A DNA stretch of 62,462 nucleotides, filler included, from 3 parts of 3 records of this genome joined end to end with filler, not necessarily neighbours in it; one strand, 5' to 3'; shown: positions 36,825-48,335, counted from the whole stretch's first letter. Program-made: numbers and translations. The notes: generated by a model not told the origin, from the letters alone.

Positions 36825-37567
36825 TTCGCCACTGCCCATGCGAAGGCGTTTTTCAACAATTTTCGAAACTCAGTGTCTTCGAACTCTTCCACCAAGCCAA
36901 GCGAGGTGTAAAAGACCTTCGCTTTGTTTTCTCCAACTTCGTTTGTCCACGCGACCGGCTCAGGTTTTTTACCTTCGACCGTAGCAATCAACAATCCGGT
37001 CGCAGTCGACTTCAATGGATCAGAGTTGTAGAGCTTGGTTGTGGCTGGCAATTTTCCTACACCCACAAGAATGGAGTGCTTCTCAGAACCTTTCACGACC
37101 ATTACGGGCGCAGGCTCATCGCGGTAATGCCCCGTGTAATTTCCGCCCAAAATTTCCGGATCGAACTCTTCCCAGACCGCATGACCTTCTGGAATCGGCT
37201 TATCTTTCAAATGAAAAGCGTGACTCGCTGTGCGAATTCCCATGAGCGGCTTGCCGTCTGCAACAAATTTTTTCAGCGCCGCCATATCAGCAGCCGCCGG
37301 AGCCCGACGCCGCGTGCTTACCATCACGACATCTGCTTTTCCCAACGCTTCGGCTAATCCGGAAAAATCATTCCGCTTGTCGCCTTCGGGTGGAGCCGTG
37401 AAAAAAGTCGCCGTGTATCCCGCTGGCTTCAATTCAGACTCGAAAAATTCAGTCAGTGATTCTTCGGTTTTGTATTCTTTTTCGCCGATCACAAAAACAA
37501 CATGCGGCCCCGCAACCGCCGAAACGGAGAAAAGGGAAATCAAAGCAACCAAGAAATTTTTCATCAC
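36821..37567 (-). CDS. Secreted ThuA-like (class I GATase-fold) protein
   Basis: HVVFVIGEKEY, GIRTASHAF, EPVAWT, VFYTSLG, NAFAWA. Confidence 0.8.
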   Translation of the reverse strand: MMKNFLVALISLFSVSAVAGPHVVFVIGEKEYKTEESLTEFFESELKPAGYTATFFTAPPEGDKRNDFSGLAEALGKADVVMVSTRRRAPAAADMAALKKFVADGKPLMGIRTASHAFHLKDKPIPEGHAVWEEFDPEILGGNYTGHYRDEPAPVMVVKGSEKHSILVGVGKLPATTKLYNSDPLKSTATGLLIATVEGKKPEPVAWTNEVGENKAKVFYTSLGLVEEFEDTEFRKLLKNAFAWAVAK

Positions 37568-37569
37568 TA

Positions 37570-37612
37570 CGAATCAACAGGATCTGATCGACGAATCAAC
37601 CCTGTTTGATCG
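37570..37612. repeat. 43-bp doublet of palindromic unit (abuts a start codon)
   Basis: CGAATCAA-CAGGA-TCTGATCG-A-CGAATCAA-CCCTG-TTTGATCG. Confidence 0.82.
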
Positions 37613-37633
37613 GTTTTGACGATTAATCAGATT

Positions 37634-38224
37634 TTACTTTTGAGCCGGCAAAAACCGAATAAACGGCACTTGGCTGGCAGTTTCCCCAAGCGCATCGCCT
37701 GCCGCATTCGTCACCCGAACGGCGTAGCCCCGATAATTTCGAGAGAACTTGCCTTTCCGATTGTAGGTAATTTTAAACATCGTGGCCCCATCGACCTTCA
37801 CTTTCTGGGTCACTGATTTAAATTTCCCATACTTTGCTGAATTTCCTCCATCACCGATCCAGATCAGCTGCACATTAAGTTCGCGGCCCGCCCCACCTTT
37901 TAGATCAACTTGGATTTGTCGCTGATCTAATTTGGTTCCGGTCTGGTTGCTTTTCACCTTTAACGTCTTCGCATCCAGTTCAATCGGCCAATTGTCTCGC
38001 CTCTTTTCGATGTAATCAACATCCGCCCTCGAGAGATCTTTCAGCGGAATTTCAATCCGGTTTCCTCCGACAACTACATCCACTCCCGCGCCAGTGAAAC
38101 CGGCAAGCGAACCGCTCATCGATTTCCCTGCTTTATTTGTCCAAGTCCGTTCTTCCGCGTTAGCGCAGGTGAACAACATACCCACAACAATAATCGCCAA
38201 CGTTGACTTGTAGAAACGGTTCAT
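37634..38224 (-). CDS. Secreted protein with SHD1-like N-terminal domain
   Basis: Signal peptide; RTWTNKAGK...IPLKDLSRADVDYI pattern common in PVC proteins. Confidence 0.7.
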   Translation of the reverse strand: MNRFYKSTLAIIVVGMLFTCANAEERTWTNKAGKSMSGSLAGFTGAGVDVVVGGNRIEIPLKDLSRADVDYIEKRRDNWPIELDAKTLKVKSNQTGTKLDQRQIQVDLKGGAGRELNVQLIWIGDGGNSAKYGKFKSVTQKVKVDGATMFKITYNRKGKFSRNYRGYAVRVTNAAGDALGETASQVPFIRFLPAQK

Positions 38225-38270
38225 GAATTTAAGAAACCCCTTTTTGGCAGGACCTTGTCAATGCCGACTA

Positions 38271-41200
38271 TCATTTCAGCGCCTTTTTCAAAAACGGAGC
38301 CGTTCGACTTTCTTTCGATTTCGCAACTTCTTCCGGCGCTCCCTCGGCAACGATGACACCGCCTGCATCACCAGCTTCAGGGCCAATATCGATGAGGTAA
38401 TCGGCCTCGGCAATGATGTCGAGATTGTGCTCGATAACAACAACCGTGTGACCATCATCCGCGAGTCGATGAAGCACTTCGAGAAGCCGTTTCACGTCCG
38501 ACATGTGAAGTCCGATGCTGGGCTCTTCGATTAGATACACGTTACTTTTCGGTTTCCGGTTTTCGCGAAGCCGCGCGTGATCCGCCCGGCCAACGCCACG
38601 CGTCAATTCGCTAACGAGTTTGATTCGCTGCGCCTCGCCACCGGAAACGGTTGGACTTGGCTGACCTAGCTTCAGATAGCCCAAACCAGTGTCATTCATC
38701 AATCCCAGCGTCCGCGAAATTTTCGGATGACCGGAGAAAAATTCAGCAGCTTCCGCAATCGACATGTCCATGACATCGCCAATCGACTTATTTTTGTATT
38801 CGACTTCGAGCGTTGGATCATTGAATCGCCGTCCGTGGCATTCTTCACATTTGATGTAGCTGGTCGGAAGAAAATTCATCTCCAACTTGATCTGACCGTT
38901 TCCTTTGCACGGCTCGCAACGCCCGCCTTCGGTGTTGAACGAAAAACGCGACGCCGTGTAGCCACGCGCTCTGGCGTCAGGAAGGTTCGCGAACATCTTA
39001 CGAATCTCATCAAAGACTTTCACGTAAGTTGCCGGGGTGGATCGTGAGGTTTTTCCGATGGGCGATTGATCCACTTCGTAAACCGTTTCGAGACGTTCGA
39101 TCCCACCGGAAATTGTCTTCCAGGTTTTAGGCCGTGCTTTGTCTGACGGTGTCAGTTTTTTCTTCACGACCGATTCAATGGCGGGGCGCAACACCCCACG
39201 CATCAAACTCGATTTGCCTGATCCCGAAATACCGGACAACACGGTGAGACTGCCAATCGGAATTCGCGCGGAAACTTTTTTCAGATTATTTGCACTTGCA
39301 CCCGAAATTTTGATCCAGCCGTCTTTCGAAGTCTTCCCCGGGAGTTTGCGACGCTCACCCCGCATCGGGTGTTTGATCGGATTATCCAACGCCATCAAGG
39401 TTGGAGATTTCTTTCTCGAAGCCGCCGATTTGCTCTTCAACGAACCATTCCAGACTACTTCCCCGCCGTGCTGCCCTGCCCCCGGCCCGAGATCGATCAA
39501 ATGATCGGCCACCGCCATGGTGTCTTCATCATGCTCAACAACGACAAGCGAATTCCCTTTGTCCTTCAATTCCAAAAGCGTCTTCAACAAATTGTCGTTA
39601 TCCCGTGGATGAAGCCCGATCGTTGGTTCATCAAGAACGTAAAGCACGCCCCGAAGATTCGAGCCCAGCTGCGCCGAAAGTCGAATCCGCTGACTTTCCC
39701 CGCCACTCAACGTCGTCGCGGATCGATCCAATTGCAGATAGCCGAGGCCGACTTCGGTAAGAAATTTCAAGCGCTGCGAAATCTCGGGCAAGATGTCGCG
39801 TGCGATCAGTTTGTGCTCTTTGTTGAATTCAAATTCATCAATCACCGTCTTTGCATCGATGACGGATAGCGCCGCAATTTCATTAATCGATTGATCACAC
39901 ACCCGAACAAATCTAGCGACTTCATTGAGCCGCGCCCCTTCACAAGTCGGGCAGATTTTCGTTTCAATCTTTGATCGAGTCCGCGAACGGCGGCGCTCTT
40001 CGCGGAGCTCCGCATCGAGCTGACTTTCGGCATCGCGTTCATCGGACATCGTCGGCTTTTTCTCAACTGAACCGTAGCCGCGACACGTCGGGCAGCAGCC
40101 ATGCGGTGAGTTATAGGAGAACAGCCGTGGATCCAGCTCTTCAAACGAACGCCCCGTCTCGGGATCACTCATCTGAGTGCTGGCTACTTGAATATCGCCT
40201 TTGGCATCAATGTATCGCGCCGTGTTTTTTCCAATGCGCAGCGCCGTTTCCAGCATCTCACGAACGTCTTCCGGCTTCGTCTTAGCCGTCACGTCTCCGA
40301 TGATGACATCGATGGTGTGTTCCTTAAAACGAGCCAGTTTCTGAAAACCTTCCACCTCTTTAAATTCGCCATCGACTAGCAGCGTTTCAAAATTCTGGCG
40401 AGCCGCCCAATCTGCAACCTCGGTGTGAAAACCCTTTCGCGCCTTGATTAGCGGTGCCATGATTTTCAATTCTCGTTTCGACTTTTTCGCCTCCGCTCGA
40501 AGCCGACTCACAATTGAAGTAACGCTCTGTTTCTCAACCGCGAGCCCAGAATCAGGTGAAAACTGGGTTCCGACTTTGGCATACAGCAGGCGAAGGAAAT
40601 GCCAAATTTCCGTAACCGTCGCCACGGTCGATTTTCCACCGCCCCGTGAAATCCGCTGCTCAATCGCAACCGTCGGCGGCAAGCCTTCGATGTGATCGAT
40701 GTCCGGTTTTTCCATCTGTTCGACAAACTGCCGAGCGAACGTCGACATACTATCGAGAAAGCGCCGTTGGCCTTCAGCAAACAGAATATCAAACGCGAGC
40801 GTCGATTTCCCTGAACCGCTCAAGCCAGTCACGACTACAAATTTATCACGCGGAATCGCGACACTAACATTCTTCAAATTATTCTCGCGAGCGCCATACA
40901 ATTGAATCGAGTTTTGGGCTTTTTCATCACCCTTCCATGCTTGAACAATTTTAGGCTCGGCCACCATCGCCAGTTTGTTTGCGCTGGATTTTTTAGCATA
41001 CGACTTCGGCAATACGGTGCGGAGAAAACGACCTGTGTGCGAAATCCAAGCCTTGGCAATTTCTTCAGGCGTCCCCGCAGCGACCAACTCACCGCCGTTC
41101 ACCCCAGCTTCAGGGCCGAGATCGATAATGTGATCCGCGCATTTCATCACGTCGAGATTGTGTTCAATCACCAATACCGAATCACCGGCTTCGACCAGCC

Positions 41201-43946
41201 GTTCAAAAACTTTTAGCAGCATCGCCACATCGTCAAAATGAAGTCCGGTTGTCGGCTCGTCAAAAATCAGAAGCGAGCCTTTTTCGATCGAACCCTGTTC
41301 ATTCGCTGAACCAACCCTGTTGGTTCGTTTTGGCTTGGAAAGCAAATGGCCAACTAATTTCAGGCGCTGACTTTCTCCGCCGGAGAGCGTGTTCAGCGGC
41401 TGGCCCAAACGCAGATATCCAAGTCCCACTTCGGCAAGTAGCTGCATGCTCGTGACCGCTTTCGCAGCTTTCCGATCAGGGATCGCAAAGAAAAATTCAA
41501 TCGCTTCACTGACCGTCATTTTGAGAACGTCGTGAATCGATTTTCCTTCGAGCAAAATCTCCATCGCTTCAGGCGTATAGCGCCTTCCCTCGCATTCGGG
41601 GCAGGTCACGTAGAGGTCGGAGAGAAACTGCATCTCAACTTTCTCGTAGCCATTTCCCATGCAGCGTTCGCAGCGGCCCGCCCCGGAGTTGAATGAAAAA
41701 TAGCCTGGTGTTACTCCGCGACTTTTACCGTCAGGCGTTTCTGTGAAGAGCTTGCGGATGTTTTCAAAAACGCCCGTGTAAACCGCCGGAGTCGATCGCG
41801 GAGTTCGCGCAAGTTGCGCCTGATCAACCATCACGACTTCTGCGATTTTCTCCGCGCCGGTCACCTTTTTGCAGGTGCCCGGCTCGTTTTCGGAAGCGTT
41901 GTCGAATGCGCTATTAAGGTTTTCAAAAAGCACCGAATGAATCAGCGTCGATTTTCCGGAGCCAGAAACACCTGTGACGCAGCAAAAAACGCCAAGCGGA
42001 ATATCCACGTCGATCTTCTTTAGATTGTGTTGAGTCGCCCGCGTGATGTTGATCCAGTCACTCGGCTTCCGCCGCTTCTTCGGGACCTCGATTGTTCGTT
42101 GTCCCTGCAAGTAGTCCAGAGTCAGCGAATTCTGCCCTGTGATTGCTTTGCATTTGTCGGTGAAGACGCCATCAAAAACCAATTCGCCGCCCAATTCTCC
42201 GCGCCCCGGACCGATGTCGATCAAGTGTTCCGCCGCGCGAATCACCGCTTCTTCGTGCTCCACAACGACGAGGGTATTTCCTAAATCGCGTAGCCGATTC
42301 ATCACGCCAATTAGCTTTCCGACGTCTCGTGGATGCAATCCAACCGTCGGTTCATCAAGGACAAATAGCGTGCTGGTCAAGGTTGCTCCAAGACAAGTCG
42401 TCAGATTGACCCGCTGGGTTTCTCCGCCACTGAGCGTCCGAGTCGGCCGATCCAAATTCAAATAGCCGAGCCCGACTTCCTGCAAAAAGCGCAGCCGGTT
42501 GCGAACTTCGTCGAGCAACATTTCGCCGGTTCGATCGCCTTCGCGGGCATTGAGCCTTTCTAAAAAGGCGAGTAGATCATCAATCGAGAGCTTCCAAAAT
42601 TCAGGTAGCGTTCGCCCTTCGACTTTAAAATTCAGGGCTTCCGGTTGAAGGCGTCCGCCTTTGCAAACACGACACGTGGTATAGCTGCGGTAGCGCGACA
42701 GAAAAATCCGCACGTGCATTTTGTAGGCGCGTGCTTCGAGCCAATCGAAAAATCCTCGCACGCCATACCAGCTTTTCATTTCCCAGGCGATCTCAGGATC
42801 ACCGCCATCACCATCGACGATCCAGTCCTGATCCTCCTTCGACATTTCATCGAACGGCTGCACAAAACTGACCCCACGCTGACGCGCACAACGCTCTAGG
42901 TCTTCCTCACATTCGGCGTGACGATCACCTTGAAACGCTTTTACCAATCCCTCAGCAATCGAAAGCGACTTGTCAGGGATCGCTTTATCGATATCGATCC
43001 CGACGACTTTTCCAAAACCACGACACTCAGGACAAGCGCCGAGGGGGTGATTGAAATTGAACAGACCCGGAGTCGGCGGACGCAGCTCGACATCACTTCC
43101 CGGAGAATGCCAGCCGCGTGAAAACTCACGACGGTCGCCCTTCTCTGGCTCAACAATGGTGATGCGGCCTTTACCCAAATCGAGGGCGCGTTCGACAGCT
43201 TCCTGAAATCGCGTTTTCTTTCCCGAAGCAACGCGATCCTGAATTACATCGACAACTGCTGGCAGCGCTTTGCGTTTGTATTTTTTCGGAGCATCCACCC
43301 GGTAGGCTTCGCCAAAAATCCAGACGCGAAGGTAACCCTGAGCTTGCAGAAATTCGAAAAACTCCGCGACTTTGGTTTCTGCTGGAACAGTGATTCCGAA
43401 CAGAACGAGAAGCGGTTTTTCTTTTCCAAATTGCTCGGCTGACTTCCGCAAAATCGTCGCAGGTGAATCCGGCTCGACTTCTTCGCCCGTCTCCGGATCA
43501 TAACCCCTACAAAGGCGAGGAAAGAGCAGTTTCAGGTAGTCGTTGATCTCCGTGATCGTTCCCACGGTTGACCTCGTCGTCTTGACCGCATTCTGCTGCT
43601 GAATTGCAATCGCCGGCGGAATACCGTTGATCGCATCGACCTGCGGTTTGTCCATCCGGTCGAAAAATTGCCGCGTGTAGGGCGAAAAGGTTTCCACGTA
43701 GCGGCGTTGCCCTTCCGCATACAGTGTCTGAAAAGCGAAGCTGGATTTTCCTGAACCACTTGGACCCGTGACCACAACGAATTTCCCCAGCGGCACATCC
43801 AGATCGATTCCCTTCAAATTATTCTGCCGCGCACCACGCACCTCAATCACATCGCCGGTAGCCACTTTCAGCTTGGCCGTCTTCTTCCGTGGAGCAGCCT
43901 TTTTCTTCGTGACCGGGGATTTCTTTTTCTTGGCAGCAGGAGGCAT
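38271..43946 (-). CDS. uvrA: Excinuclease ABC subunit A, double-length (two tandem UvrA units)
   Basis: 1891 aa; four Walker A motifs ([32 protein letters not shown]), four SGGE signatures, Zn-finger CxxC pairs. Confidence 0.96.
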   Translation of the reverse strand: MPPAAKKKKSPVTKKKAAPRKKTAKLKVATGDVIEVRGARQNNLKGIDLDVPLGKFVVVTGPSGSGKSSFAFQTLYAEGQRRYVETFSPYTRQFFDRMDKPQVDAINGIPPAIAIQQQNAVKTTRSTVGTITEINDYLKLLFPRLCRGYDPETGEEVEPDSPATILRKSAEQFGKEKPLLVLFGITVPAETKVAEFFEFLQAQGYLRVWIFGEAYRVDAPKKYKRKALPAVVDVIQDRVASGKKTRFQEAVERALDLGKGRITIVEPEKGDRREFSRGWHSPGSDVELRPPTPGLFNFNHPLGACPECRGFGKVVGIDIDKAIPDKSLSIAEGLVKAFQGDRHAECEEDLERCARQRGVSFVQPFDEMSKEDQDWIVDGDGGDPEIAWEMKSWYGVRGFFDWLEARAYKMHVRIFLSRYRSYTTCRVCKGGRLQPEALNFKVEGRTLPEFWKLSIDDLLAFLERLNAREGDRTGEMLLDEVRNRLRFLQEVGLGYLNLDRPTRTLSGGETQRVNLTTCLGATLTSTLFVLDEPTVGLHPRDVGKLIGVMNRLRDLGNTLVVVEHEEAVIRAAEHLIDIGPGRGELGGELVFDGVFTDKCKAITGQNSLTLDYLQGQRTIEVPKKRRKPSDWINITRATQHNLKKIDVDIPLGVFCCVTGVSGSGKSTLIHSVLFENLNSAFDNASENEPGTCKKVTGAEKIAEVVMVDQAQLARTPRSTPAVYTGVFENIRKLFTETPDGKSRGVTPGYFSFNSGAGRCERCMGNGYEKVEMQFLSDLYVTCPECEGRRYTPEAMEILLEGKSIHDVLKMTVSEAIEFFFAIPDRKAAKAVTSMQLLAEVGLGYLRLGQPLNTLSGGESQRLKLVGHLLSKPKRTNRVGSANEQGSIEKGSLLIFDEPTTGLHFDDVAMLLKVFERLVEAGDSVLVIEHNLDVMKCADHIIDLGPEAGVNGGELVAAGTPEEIAKAWISHTGRFLRTVLPKSYAKKSSANKLAMVAEPKIVQAWKGDEKAQNSIQLYGARENNLKNVSVAIPRDKFVVVTGLSGSGKSTLAFDILFAEGQRRFLDSMSTFARQFVEQMEKPDIDHIEGLPPTVAIEQRISRGGGKSTVATVTEIWHFLRLLYAKVGTQFSPDSGLAVEKQSVTSIVSRLRAEAKKSKRELKIMAPLIKARKGFHTEVADWAARQNFETLLVDGEFKEVEGFQKLARFKEHTIDVIIGDVTAKTKPEDVREMLETALRIGKNTARYIDAKGDIQVASTQMSDPETGRSFEELDPRLFSYNSPHGCCPTCRGYGSVEKKPTMSDERDAESQLDAELREERRRSRTRSKIETKICPTCEGARLNEVARFVRVCDQSINEIAALSVIDAKTVIDEFEFNKEHKLIARDILPEISQRLKFLTEVGLGYLQLDRSATTLSGGESQRIRLSAQLGSNLRGVLYVLDEPTIGLHPRDNDNLLKTLLELKDKGNSLVVVEHDEDTMAVADHLIDLGPGAGQHGGEVVWNGSLKSKSAASRKKSPTLMALDNPIKHPMRGERRKLPGKTSKDGWIKISGASANNLKKVSARIPIGSLTVLSGISGSGKSSLMRGVLRPAIESVVKKKLTPSDKARPKTWKTISGGIERLETVYEVDQSPIGKTSRSTPATYVKVFDEIRKMFANLPDARARGYTASRFSFNTEGGRCEPCKGNGQIKLEMNFLPTSYIKCEECHGRRFNDPTLEVEYKNKSIGDVMDMSIAEAAEFFSGHPKISRTLGLMNDTGLGYLKLGQPSPTVSGGEAQRIKLVSELTRGVGRADHARLRENRKPKSNVYLIEEPSIGLHMSDVKRLLEVLHRLADDGHTVVVIEHNLDIIAEADYLIDIGPEAGDAGGVIVAEGAPEEVAKSKESRTAPFLKKALK
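41285..41327. repeat. 43-bp doublet of palindromic unit inside uvrA, cores in direct arrangement
   Basis: CGATCGAA-CCCTG-TTCATTCG-C-TGAACCAA-CCCTG-TTGGTTCG; encodes [14 protein letters not shown]. Confidence 0.82.
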
Positions 43947-44042
43947 TTTTGTGAGACGTGTGTTCGCGTGTGCAGTTACGTCATACCGCGAAGAACGGCT
44001 GAATTCCAGCGCTGGTTTTTTGGATTCTTTCCGGAAACCGAG

Positions 44043-44756
44043 TCACTTGCCGCCCGCGCCCGTCAGTTCTCGTAGGGAAACGCGCTGGTTTCCATCCTTG
44101 TCGAAATTGTCGGGATGTAACCACTGCAAGAACGCTGCTTTCAACACGGGCCAATCCGAGTCGATTACCGAATACCACGCCGTATCTCGATTGCGATTTT
44201 TGTAGATGGTCGCTTGTCGAAAAATGCCTTCGAACTAAAAACCAAAACGCTCAGCGGCACGACACGAAGGAGTATTCAGGGCGTCGCATTTCCATTCAAA
44301 TCGACGATAACCGAGCTCAAAAGCGCGATTCATCAGTAGAAAAATGGCCTCCGTCGCGGCAGGAGTCTTTCTCACAAACTTCGAAAAATGAATGTGCCCA
44401 ACCTCGATGTTACCAACGTGTGGCTCGATTCGGAGATAACTGAGAATTCCAACAGTCAGCCCCGTCGATTTCTGAATGATGGCATAAAACTGGGGATCCA
44501 CTTCTACAGCAACCATTTCGATCCACTTCTCAAACTCCATAAAGTCACCAAACGGCCCATACGGTAAATAGGTCCAGCTCGCATCATTTACATCGATCGA
44601 ATTCGCTCCAAAAAGCCCCGCTGCATGGGCAACCGCATCCAAAGGTTCCAGTCGGCAAAATTGACCTTCAATGATTTCCTTTTCAGGAAACGGCGGCGCC
44701 TCCCATTCTGAAAGATAATTGCTAATCGGTTGCCCGTATTCATTTACCGAACTCAT
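44043..44756 (-). pseudogene. RimJ/RimL-type GNAT acetyltransferase interrupted by in-frame TAG
   Basis: IEVGHI, ELGYRRFEWKCDALN..S..AAERFGF-TAG(44235-44237)-FEGIFRQATIYKNRNRDTAWYSVIDSDWP... continues in frame to TGA 44043. Confidence 0.88.
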
Positions 44757-45595
44757 GATTCCATCCAATCCGTTGGGTTCACTCCAAAATACTTCGCCAG
44801 CTGCTCGAATAATTCAGGGTGCTCTTCTTTCAAATCATGCGGCATTTCAAAAAACGTCTCCGTTGAAACGGCAAAAAATTCTGCCGGATTGGTCGCGCCG
44901 TAGGTATCGAGAAGCGGCTTGGGGTGGGACTGGGGATCATTGGTGGCTTTAACGAGTTCTTCGTATTCACGGCTGAAAACCCGCGCCCATTCTGAATAAT
45001 CACCACGCTGAGGAAGCGGCGGAGCTCCATCAGCCGACGAATCGACCTGATCCAGCTGGTGAGCAAATTCGTGATAAACGACGTTCATTCCGTCATCATC
45101 GCGCGCGGCTCCGGCGAGAACATTTTCCCAGGAAAGCACGACTGAACCTGAATTCCACGACTCCCCCAACCGAACGTGATCGTCATCATCGTCGCTGAGA
45201 TCGAACGTGCGCCGCCGGCGATCCCGATACGCACCGGGATAAATCAAAATGGATCGCAGCCGGGGAAAATAGCCGTGTTTCTTCAAGCCAACCAACAGCA
45301 GGCAGGCCTGAGCGGCGACCACGACACGAATTTCATCCGTGATTTCTTTCAACCCACCGCAGGCTTCGAAACTCTTTTCATCGAGAAAAACCTGCATGAT
45401 TCCCGAAAGCCGCGAGCGAAGGGGGGCCGGCAACTGGTTAAAAATCCGAAAGCGTTTTGCAAGAATCGCCTGCCATTTTGCTGGCAACGGCGTCGCGATG
45501 AGATTTCGCCGCTCCGACTTCATCCGAACTTTCCGCGCAATCAAAAAAATCACGGTGGCAAGCAAAATTCCTAAAACTGAAAACGCAATGGTCAC
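44753..45595 (-). CDS. Zinc metallopeptidase family M90 (MtfA-like)
   Basis: VAAQACLLL, LGESW, NVVYHEFAHQLD (HExxH), YGATNPAEFFAVSTETFFE. Confidence 0.9.
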   Translation of the reverse strand: MTIAFSVLGILLATVIFLIARKVRMKSERRNLIATPLPAKWQAILAKRFRIFNQLPAPLRSRLSGIMQVFLDEKSFEACGGLKEITDEIRVVVAAQACLLLVGLKKHGYFPRLRSILIYPGAYRDRRRRTFDLSDDDDDHVRLGESWNSGSVVLSWENVLAGAARDDDGMNVVYHEFAHQLDQVDSSADGAPPLPQRGDYSEWARVFSREYEELVKATNDPQSHPKPLLDTYGATNPAEFFAVSTETFFEMPHDLKEEHPELFEQLAKYFGVNPTDWMES

Positions 45596-45856
45596 AACAA
45601 AATGGTGCTACAAACTGGTTTCGGGATTGTAACTGTCAAAACGCGGATTGCCCCGCATTTTTGTCCTTTGAAAAACGAAACCCGAAATGAACCCCACGGA
45701 GCAATCGCAGGATTCTTGTTCGTTCCCTGGGAATTGTATCGCACAGCACTGAACATCGAATCAGGAAACGCAAAACGCCGAATCTGGTTCACCGCAGGAT
45801 GGATCGCCGTCACGTTGACGACGGTCGGACTCCTTGTGGCTTCAGTTTTTGTGTGA

Positions 45857-48094
45857 TCACTCCGCAAAATACGCAACGGGATCCTTGGGAGCGACGATGC
45901 TTCCGCCCGCTTTAGCTGCCGCACTTTTCATTTCATCGACCAACGCCTTGTCGCTGTCGATCAGCGCAGTTTCATACGGCGCGTTCAGCACGAGAAATCC
46001 GGCAACGTCTCCGTATTTCACCGCTCCGGGAAGAAAATCGGCATCCCAGTGAGTCTTCAGCTTTGCAAAACGAAAGTCGCTCGTGTCGATCCACGCTTTT
46101 TGGATCACGTCGCCACCCGCTACCGCCCGAGCCGCTGCTGCCCAATGACCCGTTCCTTTCGGTGCTGCCAGCGAGATCTTTTTCACCGCCCAGGTTTCGT
46201 TGTTTTTTGCAAACGCGACCGCCGTTAGAATATCGTGAACGCGACGGGAAAACGTGCTGTGATTGTAGCCGTAATAATAAACTGGCGAACGCTGCCAGCT
46301 GTCTTTCGGCAGCTCCGTGTCCTGTTTTTTTGAAAAAATAATCTCGGGGTTTTGCCCAGCTGTTTCCGGCGTCTCCCCCGGATTTAGAAATTCACCCTGC
46401 GCAAAAAGATCCAGCCCCATCACCGCAATTCCACGATCCAGCAGCTTGCGAATCGGTTCGCTCGGACTTCCTAGCTTATCAAAAAGCCCCGCCTTTCCGT
46501 CAGGCGACAGCCAAATCACCACGTGACCTTCCCACCCGTTTTCGGGATACAAAAACGCTGCGGGAACTTCTTCGCCGTGCGTGTCATTGCCGATCAACCC
46601 GCTCAATTCGAGAAATCCATTTCGCTGCTCTTTTCCGACCAGTCCAAAATTCACTTCATCGCTCGTTGGCAAATCACGACCGATCATCACATCAACCGCA
46701 CCGCCAATGACCGATTTCGTTTTCGCAAAATCATCCGCGCTTGCCGGATTCAAAAGCGCTTTCAGCTGCGCATCTGAGTCCTCCGCCCACCATTGGTTCA
46801 ACGATTTTTCGTGAGGCAGCCCGACTTGATCGCCCGATGGCTTGGGATGTTTCTCATCAAAAACCGTCAGATCTGCTTCATCGAGCAATTCAAAATCGCG
46901 CTCCAAAACCGGAGACTCCAATCCCAAACCGAAGTGCTGATTCACAAATTGATACATGTGAGTCCGCGAAACGTGATTGTAATTGTGCTTAAAATGGATG
47001 TCGAAATGCCCTTCGTATTTCTTCGGCGCCCCGACCAGTTTGTAGAGATTCACCAAATCGGGATGCCCCTTTTCCTCAAGCTCAATCGTCCAGTCATCCG
47101 CCGCCGTCAGCCCGAGCGGACGAGGCACCACCGCCGCTGCGATGTCGATATTTCCCTGCCCGATGCGCAGATAATGCGTGTTCTCACACGTGCAACCGCC
47201 CTGCATCGCCGTCGAAACCATCACGCACGGAAACGACGCCGTGACCCGTTGATCCAGCGCACTGACCATCATCGTTTGCGTCGCGCCACCACTCGCACCC
47301 GTCACCAAAATCCGCTCCGAATCGATCCCGTCCAGCCCCGATAGAAAATCCAGCGCGCGAATGCTATTCCACGTTTGCAGACCAAAATTCGTTTGCAGGC
47401 GAGCCGTCGCATTTTTAGAAACAAAGCCCCAATCGCCCATCGCATCGCCACTGGCCTCCGGACGCGGCCCCCGCCGGTGTTCCAGAAACTGATCCGAATC
47501 CGAATCGCCCAGCATGTCATAGAAAAAAACCACGCACCCCATCCGCGCCAGCTGAACGCACCGCGCTTGATGCAGCGAAATTCCCGCATTCAAAAAACGC
47601 TCGCCCCCGATTCGGATTTCATTTTTCGCCGCCGCCTCCGTTTTGTGAGCATGACGTGCATCTTTCCAATGCCCGTGCGCGCAGAGAACTCCCGGTCGCT
47701 TCCCGTTTTTCTCACCTATTTTCAGCGAATCCCCCGCTGGTCGAAACAAACTGCCCGTCACAAAATGACCCGGCATCGATTCAAAAAACACCGCCTCCAC
47801 CGTGTAATCGCCCTTGTCGATTTTTTTGTGAGCCACCACATTTAGCGGCGTTTTCGTTGGCTGAGGCCACAACCCGCATCCCACCGCCATTCGCCGCACA
47901 ATCTGCTCTTGCCGAATTTCCCACTCCGCTTTTGAAGCAACCATACGAAACGGATGATACCCATGCAGCGTCACCGGAGCCTCAAGCCGCACATCCTTCG
48001 GACGCTCGCCATCAGGCGTTGCCGGCAGGCTTTGCGCAACAACCGGGCCGACAAAAAAGGCAGTCGCAATCAGGAACAGGGCGATTTTTCTCAT
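45857..48094 (-). CDS. Secreted two-domain alpha/beta hydrolase (acetylxylan-esterase-like)
   Basis: Signal peptide; VLCAHGHW, VTGASGGATQT (GxSxG), GGCTCE, HNY; start moved to ATG 48094. Confidence 0.8.
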   Translation of the reverse strand: MRKIALFLIATAFFVGPVVAQSLPATPDGERPKDVRLEAPVTLHGYHPFRMVASKAEWEIRQEQIVRRMAVGCGLWPQPTKTPLNVVAHKKIDKGDYTVEAVFFESMPGHFVTGSLFRPAGDSLKIGEKNGKRPGVLCAHGHWKDARHAHKTEAAAKNEIRIGGERFLNAGISLHQARCVQLARMGCVVFFYDMLGDSDSDQFLEHRRGPRPEASGDAMGDWGFVSKNATARLQTNFGLQTWNSIRALDFLSGLDGIDSERILVTGASGGATQTMMVSALDQRVTASFPCVMVSTAMQGGCTCENTHYLRIGQGNIDIAAAVVPRPLGLTAADDWTIELEEKGHPDLVNLYKLVGAPKKYEGHFDIHFKHNYNHVSRTHMYQFVNQHFGLGLESPVLERDFELLDEADLTVFDEKHPKPSGDQVGLPHEKSLNQWWAEDSDAQLKALLNPASADDFAKTKSVIGGAVDVMIGRDLPTSDEVNFGLVGKEQRNGFLELSGLIGNDTHGEEVPAAFLYPENGWEGHVVIWLSPDGKAGLFDKLGSPSEPIRKLLDRGIAVMGLDLFAQGEFLNPGETPETAGQNPEIIFSKKQDTELPKDSWQRSPVYYYGYNHSTFSRRVHDILTAVAFAKNNETWAVKKISLAAPKGTGHWAAAARAVAGGDVIQKAWIDTSDFRFAKLKTHWDADFLPGAVKYGDVAGFLVLNAPYETALIDSDKALVDEMKSAAAKAGGSIVAPKDPVAYFAE

Positions 48095-48335
48095 GCAGAC
48101 GATCCTAGAAAAAATCGCGAACCGTGTCACGCCCGCGAATGCGGGTCTTCGGAAGAAAAAGGGGCATCGATAAATTGATCAATTCATGAACATCCCTGAA
48201 AATTCACCTGTCGATGAATATATTTTTATGACGGCCTCGACTACCCCTCGATCACGCGACCTGAAAATTATTTCCCAATTTCCTTTACATCGCTTACATT
48301 TCGCAGCGATTTTTAAGAAAAACGCACGCAAACTG

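Noticed and set aside
6170-44237. Stop-codon reassignment (TAG or TGA read as sense, Pyl or Sec) explaining the in-frame stops at 6170, 13045 and 44235
   Set aside because: TAG ends several ordinary genes here (18484, 24375, 30189) and TGA ends many. The TGA replaces an aromatic position rather than Cys, and frameshifts and deletions co-occur, so pseudogenisation is simpler.
45602-45856. 84-aa ORF with a hydrophobic tail
   Set aside because: It starts only 6 nt from a divergent gene start and matches no family I recognise; it may be a gene remnant but I cannot support a call.
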